Below, in pieces: positions 50,761 to 61,893 of a DNA stretch of 64,000 nucleotides (its first letter is position 1; every line of letters begins with the position of its first letter). A model generated the notes under the pieces. The model was not told where the DNA came from. It saw only the letters and a program-made list of their open reading frames with translations, and ran no database searches. A program made the position numbers and the translations under genes. The DNA comes from Prochlorococcus sp. AG-355-B18 (GTDB taxonomy: Bacteria > Cyanobacteriota > Cyanobacteriia > PCC-6307 > Cyanobiaceae), in NCBI GenBank assembly GCA_003280965.1, contig QCDI01000010.1, forward strand, positions 1 through 64,000. Reading direction: 5' to 3'.

Positions 50761-52075
50761 TGCCACCTTTAATTGAATAATTTTTTAGCATTTTTTCTAC
50801 TTCTTTATTTTCCCTAACAGCACTATCAACGGGTTTATATTTTAGTGGTGCTAGAGCTTTGCCTCTTAAGATAGAACCAAGTGTAAGCATTGTGATTTTA
50901 AGTTGCTGTAATGGTTTCATAGAAACAACTCTTTTGTATAAATAACTATCAAAAGTAAGTCTTTGTACATCCATGTCATCACACATTTCAACAAAGGCTT
51001 CTCTTGCGGAATCATTTCTATAGAAGATATTTTGGAGGATTTCTAAAACCTTATAAGTTGTGCCATACTTTTTATCCCATTTCTTAAGATAGTTTTTTAA
51101 ATCTTTTTCAGATGGAATTACTTCACCGTTTTTTGAGGCTTCAACAATTTCTTCAGCACACATTCTCCCACTCTTTGCAGCAAAGTAGATGCCCTCACCG
51201 GAACTTTTTGTAACATAACCTGCGGCATCACCAACAAGGGCCATTCTACCAACTACTCTTCTTGGTCTTGGATGCTCAGGTATTGGATGTGCTTCTACTT
51301 TTATTACCTCACCATTAACTAGTCTTTTCATTGCCCTACTCCTAACTCCCTCTTGGAGTCCTTTTATTAGGGACTGATTCTTTTGCATGGTTCCAGTGCC
51401 GACAGCAACATGATCATATTTAGGAAAAACCCACCCATAAAAATCAGGAGAAACATCAGTGCCGACATACATTTCGGCAAGATCTTCATAGTAACTCATT
51501 TCTTCTTTAGGCAATTTAATTCTTTCTTGAAATGCAATAGCAACTTTGTAATCTCCTGCATCCATTGCTTTAGCAACTCTACTATTGGCTCCATCAGCTC
51601 CAATTAAAAGATCAACAGTAAGCTCTTTGAGCTCTCCTTTTTTGTCCCCATTCGTAAAATCTGAATAGGAGAGTTTATATGGCCCTTGATTATTTTCGCC
51701 AGTATCAATAGAGGTAACTAATCCATTTATAAGTGTGGCACCAAGATCTGAAGCTCTGTTGCGCATAAAAGCATCCATTACTTCTCTTCTACACATACCA
51801 ATAAACTCATTATCGCTTTTTCCATAAACTCTATCTAGGCTAATATCTACTTCTCTGTTTGATGGAGATATCATTTTCATATGCCTTACTTTTCTATCAA
51901 TAATTGATTCAGGCAAATCAAATTCCTCCACCATGCAAAGAGGAATAGCCCCTCCACATGGTTTTGCATTATCTAATTTCCTCTCGAAGAGCCAAGTTTT
52001 TATTCCAGCTTTGGCAAGTATTTCTGCAGCACATGAACCACTTGGACCTCCTCCAATAACAGCTACCCTCAACAT
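50735..52075 (-). CDS. chlP: geranylgeranyl reductase
   Basis: GGGPSG, AKPCGGAIPLCM, GDAAGYVTKSSGEGIYFA. Confidence 0.97.
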   Translation of the reverse strand: MLRVAVIGGGPSGSCAAEILAKAGIKTWLFERKLDNAKPCGGAIPLCMVEEFDLPESIIDRKVRHMKMISPSNREVDISLDRVYGKSDNEFIGMCRREVMDAFMRNRASDLGATLINGLVTSIDTGENNQGPYKLSYSDFTNGDKKGELKELTVDLLIGADGANSRVAKAMDAGDYKVAIAFQERIKLPKEEMSYYEDLAEMYVGTDVSPDFYGWVFPKYDHVAVGTGTMQKNQSLIKGLQEGVRSRAMKRLVNGEVIKVEAHPIPEHPRPRRVVGRMALVGDAAGYVTKSSGEGIYFAAKSGRMCAEEIVEASKNGEVIPSEKDLKNYLKKWDKKYGTTYKVLEILQNIFYRNDSAREAFVEMCDDMDVQRLTFDSYLYKRVVSMKPLQQLKITMLTLGSILRGKALAPLKYKPVDSAVRENKEVEKMLKNYSIKGGIKVKSSKV

Positions 52076-52189
52076 ACGAAAAAAAAATAATACTGTATAT
52101 AAAACCTACATCTTTTTTGCTTATAAAAGTGCATTTCTTAAAATAATGGTTAATATCGAAATATGTTTTCCAAATTCAGCTAATAAATA

Positions 52190-52903
52190 TTGGAACAAAA
52201 CAAAGACATTAACCAATTTGATATACCGCTCGCAAAAAGAATTTACTTAAATAAGCCTAAATCAATATTATCTAAAAAAGTATTATTACTTTCTCCATTT
52301 CTTTTTCTTCTTTTTTCTTTGGCTTCATTGCGATTGATTAGAAATATAGAATTAGGACCTTTTAGTGTTCTTAATTTTCAGGCTGAGAAAAATCCTGAAC
52401 GTAGAATTTTGGGCCATCTACCCTATGAGGAAATCCCCAAGGATAAACTTGTTTTGATTGAGCCAAATATTGAAGTTCACATTGATATGCGTGATTCTTT
52501 ATTAAATATGAGAGAAGAAGCGAAAAAAGATGGGATATATTTGGTCTTCTTGAGTGGTTTCAGATCAATAAATTTGCAAAACGAAATCTTTTATTCTTTA
52601 AAATCCTTTAGAAATCAAGTGGCAGCAGAAAGAGCAAGAGTTTCAGCCCCTCCAGGATATTCTGAACATAGTACTGGTTTCGCAATTGATATTGGTGATG
52701 CCACTCAAAGAGAAACAGACTTTGAGACTGAATTCGAAAATACTGATGCCTTTAGATGGTTAATAAAAAATGCAGCTAAGTTTCACTTTAAGTTATCGTT
52801 CAACAAAAATAATAAATACATAGATTACGAACCTTGGCATTGGAGATATGAAGGGTCTATTGAAGCTCTAAAAGTTTTTGAAACTTCAAACAGAGAACTA
52901 TAA
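52190..52903 (+). CDS. D-Ala-D-Ala carboxypeptidase (M15B, VanY-like)
   Basis: SGFRS, APPGYSEHSTGFAID, EPWHWRY; N-terminal TM. Confidence 0.9.
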   Translation: MEQNKDINQFDIPLAKRIYLNKPKSILSKKVLLLSPFLFLLFSLASLRLIRNIELGPFSVLNFQAEKNPERRILGHLPYEEIPKDKLVLIEPNIEVHIDMRDSLLNMREEAKKDGIYLVFLSGFRSINLQNEIFYSLKSFRNQVAAERARVSAPPGYSEHSTGFAIDIGDATQRETDFETEFENTDAFRWLIKNAAKFHFKLSFNKNNKYIDYEPWHWRYEGSIEALKVFETSNREL

Positions 52904-53033
52904 ATCTAAATTGTTAATTAAATTACCCCAATATGTTTATGTTTTTGAAAGTCTCAAAGAGAAAATTTTCATAATAAGCATCCTTTGAGTTAGCCTTAAT
53001 AAAGTTAATCTATTATTTATAGAAATTTTATAA

Positions 53034-54830
53034 ATGTCATCTTCGATAAAAGAAATTAGGAATGTTGCAATTATTGCTCACGTAGATCATGGGAAGACAA
53101 CTCTTGTGGACGCATTGTTATCTCAATCAGGAATATTTAGAGACAATGAAGTTATCCCCACATGTGTAATGGATTCAAATGATCTTGAGAGAGAAAGAGG
53201 AATAACGATACTCTCAAAAAATACTGCAGTTAACTACAAAGACACAAGAATAAATATTATAGATACCCCTGGACATGCAGATTTTGGAGGAGAAGTCGAG
53301 AGGGTTTTGGGAATGGTAGATGGTTGTTTACTTATTGTTGATGCAAATGAGGGGCCGATGCCTCAAACAAGATTTGTTTTAAAAAAAGCATTAGAAAAAG
53401 GACTTAGGCCTATAGTCTTTGTAAATAAAATTGATAGACCAAGAGTAGTACCAGAAATAGCAATTGATAAGGTTCTTGATTTATTTCTAGAATTAGGAGC
53501 TGATGATGATCAATGTGATTTCCCTTATCTTTTTGGAAGTGGCCTATCTGGATTCGCAAAAGAAGAGATGGAATCTACTAGTGACAATATGATGCCTCTT
53601 TTTGAGGCAATTATAAGACATGTTCCACCTCCAGTAGGTGACTCAAACAAGCCTCTTCAGCTACAAATAACTACTTTGGACTATTCTGATTTCTTAGGCA
53701 GAATTGTAATTGGAAAAATTCATAATGGAACCATCAAAAATGGTCAACAAGCTAGTTTAATTAAAGAAAATGGAAAAACTATTAAAGGTAAAGTTAGTAA
53801 ACTACTAGGATTCGAAGGATTACGAAGAATCGATATAAATGAAGCATTTGCAGGGGATATCGTTGCTGTTTCTGGTTTCGATGACGTCAATATTGGTGAG
53901 ACCATAGCATGTCCTGATTCTCCTCATCCTCTCCCATTAATTAAAGTTGATGAACCGACCTTAAATATGACCTTTGTTGTGAATGATTCCCCTTTTGCGG
54001 GAAAAGAAGGGAAATTTGTTACGAGTAGACAATTAAAAAATAGATTGGAGAGGGAACTTTTAACAAATGTTGCTCTTAGAGTAGAAGAAACTGATTCTCC
54101 AGACAGGTTCTCAGTCTCGGGTAGAGGAGAATTACATTTAGGGATTTTGATTGAAACGATGAGGAGAGAAGGGTTTGAGTTTCAAATCTCACAACCTCAG
54201 GTAATTTTTAGAGTAATTGAAAATGTTGAATGTGAGCCTATAGAGACTTTGGTTTTAGATGTACCTGAAGTTGCTGTGGGTTCATGTATAGAGAAACTCG
54301 GATCAAGAAAGGCAGAGATGAAAAACATGCAAACTAGTTCAGATGGGAGAACTCAATTAGAATTTCTTGTGCCATCAAGAGGACTAATTGGATTTCGTGG
54401 TGAATTTGTTCGGATAACGAGGGGTGAAGGTATAATGAGTCACTCTTTTTATGAATATAAACCTAAAACAGGAGATTTTGAAACTAGGAGAAATGGGGTT
54501 CTTATAGCTTTTGAGGAAGGGGTGGCAACATTCTACGCATTAAAGAATGCTGAAGATAGAGGAGTTTACTTTATTAAACCTGGAGTTAAAGTCTATAAAG
54601 GAATGATAATTGGAGAGAATAATCGACCTCAAGATCTTGAACTTAATATATGTAAAACTAAGCAGCTAACTAATATGAGGTCAGCAGGAGCAGAAGAACT
54701 TGATACTTTGCAGTCACCTGTTGATATTACCCTTGAAAGGGCACTTGAATATATTGGTCCAGATGAAATGCTAGAGGTAACACCAGATTCAATAAGAATG
54801 AGAAAATTAAATAAGAAGAAAAAAAATTAA
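53034..54830 (+). CDS. typA: translational GTPase TypA/BipA
   Basis: [27 protein letters not shown]. Confidence 0.97.
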   Translation: MSSSIKEIRNVAIIAHVDHGKTTLVDALLSQSGIFRDNEVIPTCVMDSNDLERERGITILSKNTAVNYKDTRINIIDTPGHADFGGEVERVLGMVDGCLLIVDANEGPMPQTRFVLKKALEKGLRPIVFVNKIDRPRVVPEIAIDKVLDLFLELGADDDQCDFPYLFGSGLSGFAKEEMESTSDNMMPLFEAIIRHVPPPVGDSNKPLQLQITTLDYSDFLGRIVIGKIHNGTIKNGQQASLIKENGKTIKGKVSKLLGFEGLRRIDINEAFAGDIVAVSGFDDVNIGETIACPDSPHPLPLIKVDEPTLNMTFVVNDSPFAGKEGKFVTSRQLKNRLERELLTNVALRVEETDSPDRFSVSGRGELHLGILIETMRREGFEFQISQPQVIFRVIENVECEPIETLVLDVPEVAVGSCIEKLGSRKAEMKNMQTSSDGRTQLEFLVPSRGLIGFRGEFVRITRGEGIMSHSFYEYKPKTGDFETRRNGVLIAFEEGVATFYALKNAEDRGVYFIKPGVKVYKGMIIGENNRPQDLELNICKTKQLTNMRSAGAEELDTLQSPVDITLERALEYIGPDEMLEVTPDSIRMRKLNKKKKN

Positions 54831-54841
54831 TAAATAATTTT

Positions 54842-55210
54842 ATGGATGAAGAAAGTACAACAAGTTTTAAGGATTCCCTTTTTACTGCTTTAAATCTTTT
54901 TAATAATCATTATTGGTACGAGGCTCATGATGCTTTTGAAGAAATTTGGAATACTGTTGATGGTGATGAAAGACAAGTCATTCAAGGAATTTTACAAGTA
55001 TCTGTTTCTCAGTTCCACTTAGGTAAGGGAAATTTAAATGGAGCTACTATTTTGCTTGGAGAGGGTTTAGGTAGAATAAAAACCAGAACCAAGATTAATT
55101 TAGGTATTGATCTAGAGTCCTTTTGCCAATGTTTAGAGAATTTATTGAGAAAATTACAATATAAAGAGACATTAAATGAGAGTGATAAACCTTTTTTGAA
55201 ACCTCTTTGA
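54842..55210 (+). CDS. DUF309 family protein
   Basis: LFN…WYEAHDAFEEIW…QGILQ. Confidence 0.85.
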   Translation: MDEESTTSFKDSLFTALNLFNNHYWYEAHDAFEEIWNTVDGDERQVIQGILQVSVSQFHLGKGNLNGATILLGEGLGRIKTRTKINLGIDLESFCQCLENLLRKLQYKETLNESDKPFLKPL

Positions 55211-55304
55211 AACATATGAATATATTTTTCTCTTTAACTAAAGTTTTGTTTTATCTTTCATTCTTTTTTCAAGGACATAAGATTACTTATCAATCTCAAG
55301 CAAG

Positions 55305-56033
55305 ATGAACTTAAAAATTCAAAATGTATCTCTTTCAATTAAGGGAAGGTTTATCGTCAATGATGTTTCTATAACTGTAAAGCCAGGAGAGGTTGTAGGT
55401 TTAATGGGACCTAATGGTGCAGGGAAAACTACCACTTTTAATCTTGCAGTTGGGAATATAAAACCTGATAAAGGGGAAGTTTTAATGAATGGTAAAAATA
55501 TCACTAATCTTCCACTCCCTATTAGATCAAGACTTGGGTTGGGTTATTTAACACAGGAGGCTAGTATATTTAGAAACCTCACTGTTAAAGACAATATAGA
55601 TTTGGCTTTACAGAATTCATCTTATAGTCGAGCGGCAATAAGAAACAGAAGAGAGCAATTAATTAATGAATTTAATTTGAATAATTTTGTAGATAATTAC
55701 GGGTATCAACTTTCAGGAGGAGAAAGAAGGAGGTGCGAGATAGCTAGAGCTCTTACTGTAGGAAGAAAAGGGCCTAAATATTTATTATTAGACGAACCTT
55801 TCGCTGGAATTGATCCTCTAGCTGTTAATGATTTAAAGAAACTAATTCTCAAATTAAGTGGTAATGGGGTAGGGATTCTTATTACAGATCATAACGTGAG
55901 GGAGACCCTATTAATTACCAACAAATCCTATGTTTTAAGTGAAGGAAAAATCCTAGCCTACGGATCATCAAGTGAATTAGCAGATAATCCAATAGTCAAA
56001 AAGTATTATCTAGGAGATAATTTCAGACTTTAA
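55305..56033 (+). CDS. lptB: LPS export ABC ATPase LptB
   Basis: GPNGAGKTT, LSGGERRR, LDEPFAGIDP, TDHNVRETL, YYLG. Confidence 0.92.
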   Translation: MNLKIQNVSLSIKGRFIVNDVSITVKPGEVVGLMGPNGAGKTTTFNLAVGNIKPDKGEVLMNGKNITNLPLPIRSRLGLGYLTQEASIFRNLTVKDNIDLALQNSSYSRAAIRNRREQLINEFNLNNFVDNYGYQLSGGERRRCEIARALTVGRKGPKYLLLDEPFAGIDPLAVNDLKKLILKLSGNGVGILITDHNVRETLLITNKSYVLSEGKILAYGSSSELADNPIVKKYYLGDNFRL

Positions 56034-56147
56034 AATTCTTTTTGCATAAGGAATTAAAACTTAATTATTAAAGATTTACTCATTTAAGAATGATTTAAAT
56101 TATTATTTGGTTGTCATTGAATATTAAAACTGGATAAATTTCTAGAA

Positions 56148-57077
56148 ATGATACTAGATAATATTTTTAAAAATTTAATATATGACCCGGTTTCAATTTT
56201 AGGAGTTTTAGTCTTTTATATTTTATTAGTAAATTTACCGATATGTTTAACCGCAGTTTTTAAAAAAAAGTCTTCTTTTACCGTAAGAATACTTACGATA
56301 CTAGTGAATCTATTCATAACATTACAATTACTTTTTAGGTGGTCAATTTCTGGACATTTCCCTATTAGCAATTTATATGAATCTCTTTATTTCCTTACTT
56401 GGGGGCTCACAATGGGACAACTATTGATTGAGAGGGAATATCAATCTCCAATAATTCCCTCAGTTGCAATACCTATTGAGTTACTTACTGTGGCTTTTGC
56501 TTGTTTTGTTTTGCCTGACGATTTGAAATTATCATCTAACTTGGTTCCAGCTTTAAGATCTAGCTGGTTGGTTATGCATGTTAGCGTTGTAATGCTTAGT
56601 TACGCGGCACTAATAATAGGTTCTTTACTTTCAGCTTCTGTCTTGTTCGTGAATAAAAATAAACCGCTTCAAATTAGAAGTAGTTCTACAGGTATAGGAG
56701 GTTTCAAAATATCGAATAACTATTCTTTTAATGATTTAGTTGATCCAATTGAATTTTCTCATTCAGAAGAATTAGATACATTAAGTTATCGTTCTATATT
56801 AATTGGTTTTGTTCTTTTAACTCTAGGTTTAATCACAGGAGCAGTTTGGGCTAATGAAGCATGGGGCACATGGTGGAGCTGGGATCCAAAAGAAACATGG
56901 GCATTTATATCATGGTTGTTTTATGCTGCTTATCTGCATATGAGAATAAGTAAAGGTTGGCAAGGAAGAAGACCAGCTTTATTAGCGACGACAGGTTTCC
57001 TGGTGGTTTTAGTATGTTATTTAGGAGTTAATTTTTTAGGCATAGGTTTACACAGTTATGGCTGGATATTTGGTTGA
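56148..57077 (+). CDS. ccsA: cytochrome c biogenesis protein CcsA
   Basis: HFPISNLYES, WLVMHV, WWD domain WSWDPKETW. Confidence 0.95.
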   Translation: MILDNIFKNLIYDPVSILGVLVFYILLVNLPICLTAVFKKKSSFTVRILTILVNLFITLQLLFRWSISGHFPISNLYESLYFLTWGLTMGQLLIEREYQSPIIPSVAIPIELLTVAFACFVLPDDLKLSSNLVPALRSSWLVMHVSVVMLSYAALIIGSLLSASVLFVNKNKPLQIRSSSTGIGGFKISNNYSFNDLVDPIEFSHSEELDTLSYRSILIGFVLLTLGLITGAVWANEAWGTWWSWDPKETWAFISWLFYAAYLHMRISKGWQGRRPALLATTGFLVVLVCYLGVNFLGIGLHSYGWIFG

Positions 57078-57096
57078 TTTATTATCTACCAAATAT

Positions 57097-57855
57097 TTAT
57101 TGAGGTTCTGAAAGAACCTTCCCATTTTGTGCTTCTTGAGCAACTTTTCTCAGGTCATCACATCCCTCTTTTAAAGTTGGATATGCAAACATTCCACTGC
57201 CTGCAATAAAACAATTAGCACCGGCATCAGCACACTGAGAAATAGTCCAATTTGCTTTTATTCCTCCATCGACTTCAATATCGACATTTAAGTTTTTTTC
57301 GATAATAAAGTTTCTTATTTTTCTAATTTTATTGAGCATTGTTGGGATATAAGCTTGTCCACCAAAACCTGGATTAACTGTCATAACCAAAACATGATCA
57401 ACCATATCCATGATGTTTTCAATCATTTCAAAAGGAGTATGTGGATTTAGCGCGACAGAAGGAGATCCTCCTAGATCTCTTATTCTTCCAAGAACTCTAT
57501 GTAGATGAATATTTGCTTCGGCATGAGCTATTACTACTCCAGGTTCTCCATTGGCTCCTTTTGAAGCTTTTACGTAAGATTCAAGCATGGTTTCACAATT
57601 GTATTGGCTAACCATTAATTGGGTTTCAAAAGGGACATCGCAATATTTTCTGCATGCAGCAATCATCTCAGGACCAAAAGTGAGGTTAGGGACGAAATTT
57701 CCATCCATTACATCAAATTGAATTCTATCTACTCCAGCTTCCTCAAGTTCTTTTACACATGCCCCCATATTTGCCCAATCTGCTGGTAAAACAGAAGGAA
57801 TTATTTGAATTGGTCTATTAACACCAGCTAAATTTGTTTGATTTGACTCAGTCAT
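57097..57855 (-). CDS. rpe: ribulose-phosphate 3-epimerase
   Basis: DVMDGNFVPNLTFG, MTVNPGFGGQ, EVDGGI. Confidence 0.95.
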   Translation of the reverse strand: MTESNQTNLAGVNRPIQIIPSVLPADWANMGACVKELEEAGVDRIQFDVMDGNFVPNLTFGPEMIAACRKYCDVPFETQLMVSQYNCETMLESYVKASKGANGEPGVVIAHAEANIHLHRVLGRIRDLGGSPSVALNPHTPFEMIENIMDMVDHVLVMTVNPGFGGQAYIPTMLNKIRKIRNFIIEKNLNVDIEVDGGIKANWTISQCADAGANCFIAGSGMFAYPTLKEGCDDLRKVAQEAQNGKVLSEPQ

Positions 57856-58043
57856 TTAATTTTTAAAATATTTAATAAAGATACTATATTTAGTTGTTTA
57901 TTCCTAATTTCAAGTCACGGCCTGATAAAGTAACAGCTGTAATGAGTTAAAAAAAGCTTATTTGCATAATAATTCTCATAAAAAATGGCATTTTTTATGA
58001 GATCATACTCAAAACCTTTTAGAAAATCCTCAAAAATTTAATT

Positions 58044-59045
58044 GTGAATCAAACTTTAATTCAAGAAATACTCGAAGTTGTCGAGCAAGCAGCAATCGCC
58101 TCAGCAAAGCTAACAGGACTAGGTCAAAAAGATGAAGCTGATGCTGCAGCTGTAGAAGCAATGAGATTGCGAATGGGCAAAATTGAAATGAAAGGGAAAA
58201 TTGTTATTGGAGAAGGTGAAAGAGATGAAGCACCTATGCTTTATATAGGTGAAGAGGTAGGGAGTGGAAGTGGACCAGGGGTTGACTTTGCTGTAGATCC
58301 TTGTGAAGGAACTAATCTTTGTGCAAATAATCAAAGAGGTTCTATGGCAGTTTTGGCAGCTTCTGATACCGGCGGACTTTTTAATGCTCCTGATTTTTAC
58401 ATGAATAAATTAGCAGCTCCGCCTGCTGCTAAAGGGAAAGTTGATATTAGAAATTCAGCTACTGAAAACTTGAAAATACTTAGTGATTGCTTGGATCTTT
58501 CTATTGATGAACTAACTGTTGTTGTTATGGATAGAACAAGACATAAGGATTTAATTAAAGAGATTCGAGGATGTGGCGCAAAAGTACAGCCGATTTCTGA
58601 TGGTGATGTTCAAGCTGCGATTGCATGTGGATTTGCAGGAACAGGAACACATTGCTTGATGGGTATTGGTGCAGCTCCAGAAGGTGTTATTTCGGCAGCT
58701 GCGATGAGAGCTCTTGGAGGACACTTTCAAGGACAATTAGTTTATGATCCAGCAATTGCTCAAACTTCTGAATGGGCTGATTATACAAAAGAAGGGAATA
58801 TAAAACGTCTCAATGAAATGGGCATAACTGATATAGACAAAATCTATGAAGCAAACGAACTTGCATCGGGAGAAAACGTTGTGTTCGCTGGAAGTGGAAT
58901 AACCGATGGATTATTATTTGATGGAGTTAAATTTGAAAGGGATTGTGTTAGAACAAGCAGTTTAGTAATTAGTACATTAGATAGCACTGCAAGATTCACA
59001 AATACTGTCCATATAAAAGATGGTGCAAAGAGTATCAGCCTTTAA
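58044..59045 (+). CDS. glpX: fructose-1,6-/sedoheptulose-1,7-bisphosphatase class II
   Basis: [28 protein letters not shown]. Confidence 0.96.
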   Translation: MNQTLIQEILEVVEQAAIASAKLTGLGQKDEADAAAVEAMRLRMGKIEMKGKIVIGEGERDEAPMLYIGEEVGSGSGPGVDFAVDPCEGTNLCANNQRGSMAVLAASDTGGLFNAPDFYMNKLAAPPAAKGKVDIRNSATENLKILSDCLDLSIDELTVVVMDRTRHKDLIKEIRGCGAKVQPISDGDVQAAIACGFAGTGTHCLMGIGAAPEGVISAAAMRALGGHFQGQLVYDPAIAQTSEWADYTKEGNIKRLNEMGITDIDKIYEANELASGENVVFAGSGITDGLLFDGVKFERDCVRTSSLVISTLDSTARFTNTVHIKDGAKSISL

Positions 59046-59063
59046 AAATTTATTTTTGATTTT

Positions 59064-60374
59064 ATGCATATTGTTGTCGTCGGACTGAGTCATCGCACGG
59101 CACCTGTCGAAGTGCGTGAGAAGTTAAGTATTCCTGACCAATCCATAACAGAATCACTGAAAGCATTAAAAGCTTTCTCTGATGTATTGGAGGTGTCAAT
59201 TTTAAGTACTTGTAATAGGCTAGAAATTTATGCGCTAGTTAAGGATAAAAATACTGGAATTTCATCTATTAAAGAATTTATATCAGATTATTCTGGAATT
59301 ATTTTTGAAGATTTAAATCCACATCTTTTTTGCTTTAGACAAGAAGATGCAGTTTTGCATTTGATGAAAGTTTCTGCAGGACTCGATAGCCTCGTTTTAG
59401 GAGAAGGACAAATCCTTTCACAAGTAAAAAAAATGATGAGATTAGGTCAAGAGAATCAATCTACTGGGCCCATTCTTAATAGATTATTAACTCAATCAGT
59501 TAGTACAGGTAAAAAAGTTAGATCCGAAACAAGTTTGGGAACTGGAGCTGTATCAATCAGTTCAGCAGCAGTGGAACTTGCTCAATTAAAAATTGGCCAA
59601 GAAAAGGGGTTTGATACTCTTGTAAGTTTGGAATCAGAGAAAGTTCTTGTAGTTGGGGCTGGTCGAATGAGTAGGCTTTTAATAACTCATTTAAAATCAA
59701 AAGGATGCAATAAACTTGTACTTGTTAATAGAAATATTGATAGAGCATTAAATCTTGCTTTAGATTTCCCAGACTTAGAAATTATTTGTAAAGGATTGAA
59801 TGAATTAGATGAAAATATATCATTATCCTCTCTTGTTTTTACTAGTACCGCATCAGAAGAGCCAATAATTGATTTCGCTAAAATTGAAAAATTAAATTTG
59901 AGCAGTCAACTTAAATTTATTGATATAGGTGTACCAAGAAATATATCTAATGATGTTAAACAACATCAATTTGTACAATCATTTGATGTAGATGATTTAC
60001 AAGAGGTAGTTTCAAGAAATCAAGAATTCAGACAAAAAATTGCAAAGGAAGCAGAATCTTTAGTAGAAGAAGAAAGAATCATTTTTCTAGAATGGTGGGC
60101 AAGTCTTGAGGCGGTTCCAGTAATTAACAAACTTAGATCAGATTTGGAGTTAATTAGAAAGGAGGAATTGCAAAAAGCACTTAGTAGAATGGGCCCAGAT
60201 TTTTCTGCTAGAGAAAGAAAAGTTGTGGAAGCACTGACTAAAGGAATTATCAATAAAATACTTCACACACCTGTTACTAAGTTGAGAAGTCCTCAATCAA
60301 GAGAAGAAAGACAAGCTTCTTTAAAAATCGTTGAAAAATTGTTTTCTTTAGTGGATGAGGATAAAAATAGCTAA
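59064..60374 (+). CDS. hemA: glutamyl-tRNA reductase
   Basis: STCNRLE, GLDSLVLGEGQIL, GAGRM, DIGVPRN. Confidence 0.97.
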   Translation: MHIVVVGLSHRTAPVEVREKLSIPDQSITESLKALKAFSDVLEVSILSTCNRLEIYALVKDKNTGISSIKEFISDYSGIIFEDLNPHLFCFRQEDAVLHLMKVSAGLDSLVLGEGQILSQVKKMMRLGQENQSTGPILNRLLTQSVSTGKKVRSETSLGTGAVSISSAAVELAQLKIGQEKGFDTLVSLESEKVLVVGAGRMSRLLITHLKSKGCNKLVLVNRNIDRALNLALDFPDLEIICKGLNELDENISLSSLVFTSTASEEPIIDFAKIEKLNLSSQLKFIDIGVPRNISNDVKQHQFVQSFDVDDLQEVVSRNQEFRQKIAKEAESLVEEERIIFLEWWASLEAVPVINKLRSDLELIRKEELQKALSRMGPDFSARERKVVEALTKGIINKILHTPVTKLRSPQSREERQASLKIVEKLFSLVDEDKNS

Positions 60375-60502
60375 ATTTTCTTTATTTATATTAAGTTTTT
60401 CAAGTGATTTATCGAAATACCTTCGTAAACTGACCATTCCTATTTCTAAATCTGCCTATAATCAGTTACTTTAAATAGTTGTATCTACCTCCATTAGATT
60501 GA

Positions 60503-61798
60503 ATGAAGCATGTGTTGGCCATCATCCTCGGAGGAGGAAAAGGTTCTAGACTTTATCCCTTAACAAAAATGAGGGCAAAACCTGCTGTTCCATTAGCAGG
60601 AAAGTATCGTTTAATTGATATCCCAATTAGTAACTGTATTAATTCAGGTATAGAAAAAATGTACGTATTGACTCAGTTCAACAGTGCATCTCTAAATAGA
60701 CATATAGGAAGAACTTATAATCTTAATGGACCTTTTGGTCAAGGTTTTGTGGAGGTATTAGCCGCCCAACAAACACCTGATAGTCCAAAGTGGTTTGAAG
60801 GTACTGCAGATGCTGTAAGAAAATACCAATGGTTATTTCAAGAATGGGACGTTGATGAGTACTTAATATTGTCAGGTGATCAATTATATAGAATGGATTA
60901 CAGTTTATTTGTTCAACATCATAGAGATAATGGTGCTGATTTAACTGTTGCCGCATTACCTGTTGACGAAGCTCAGGCAGAAGGTTTTGGTCTAATGAGA
61001 ACAGATGATTTAGGTAATATTAAGGAATTCAGTGAAAAGCCTACTGGAGAGAAGTTGAAGGCAATGGCAGTAGATACTTCGAAATTTGGATTAAGTAAGG
61101 AGTCAGCTGCCGAAAAACCTTATTTAGCCTCTATGGGTATTTACGTTTTTAGCAGAAATACTCTTTTCGATCTTCTAAATAAATATCCTAGTTATACGGA
61201 TTTTGGTAAGGACATAATTCCAGAAGCACTGCATAGGGGAGATACTCTTAAAAGTTATGTATTCGATGATTATTGGGAAGATATTGGAACCATTGGCGCA
61301 TTCTTTGAGTCAAATCTTGCATTGACTGAGCAACCAAAACCTCCATTTAGTTTTTATGATGAAAAATTTCCAATCTATACAAGACCTAGATTTCTTCCTC
61401 CCTCTAAACTCGTAGATGCTCAAATTACTGATTCAATAGTCTGTGAAGGTACAATCTTGAAGTCCTGCAGTATTTTGCATTGTGTTTTAGGTGTGAGAAG
61501 TAGAATTGAAAGTGATTCTGTTCTAGAAGACACTTTAGTGATGGGTGCCGATTTCTTTGAATCCCCTGAAGAAAGAATTGAATTAAGGAAAGGAGGCGGA
61601 ACACCTCTTGGTGTAGGTGAAGGAACCACTGTAAAAAGAGCAATTCTTGATAAGAATACAAGGATTGGTGATAATGTCGTAATCATTAATAAAGATCGAG
61701 TAGAAGAAGCAGATAAGCCAGAATTAGGCTTCTATATAAGAAATGGAATTGTTGTAGTAGTTAAAAATGCAACTATCGCAAACGGAACTGTTATTTAA
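60503..61798 (+). CDS. glgC: glucose-1-phosphate adenylyltransferase
   Basis: [32 protein letters not shown]. Confidence 0.97.
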   Translation: MKHVLAIILGGGKGSRLYPLTKMRAKPAVPLAGKYRLIDIPISNCINSGIEKMYVLTQFNSASLNRHIGRTYNLNGPFGQGFVEVLAAQQTPDSPKWFEGTADAVRKYQWLFQEWDVDEYLILSGDQLYRMDYSLFVQHHRDNGADLTVAALPVDEAQAEGFGLMRTDDLGNIKEFSEKPTGEKLKAMAVDTSKFGLSKESAAEKPYLASMGIYVFSRNTLFDLLNKYPSYTDFGKDIIPEALHRGDTLKSYVFDDYWEDIGTIGAFFESNLALTEQPKPPFSFYDEKFPIYTRPRFLPPSKLVDAQITDSIVCEGTILKSCSILHCVLGVRSRIESDSVLEDTLVMGADFFESPEERIELRKGGGTPLGVGEGTTVKRAILDKNTRIGDNVVIINKDRVEEADKPELGFYIRNGIVVVVKNATIANGTVI

Positions 61799-61893
61799 AT
61801 CTTTTCGATCATTTTTCGCTGACATAAGTATTTTTTTTGAGCAATTTTGTTGAGTTGCAGGCACACTATATTTATTGAGTTTTTTAATTTTTT

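Noticed and set aside
46030..52903. VanX- and VanY-like genes as glycopeptide resistance
   Set aside because: Unlinked, no vanA/vanH/regulators; consistent with housekeeping peptidoglycan enzymes
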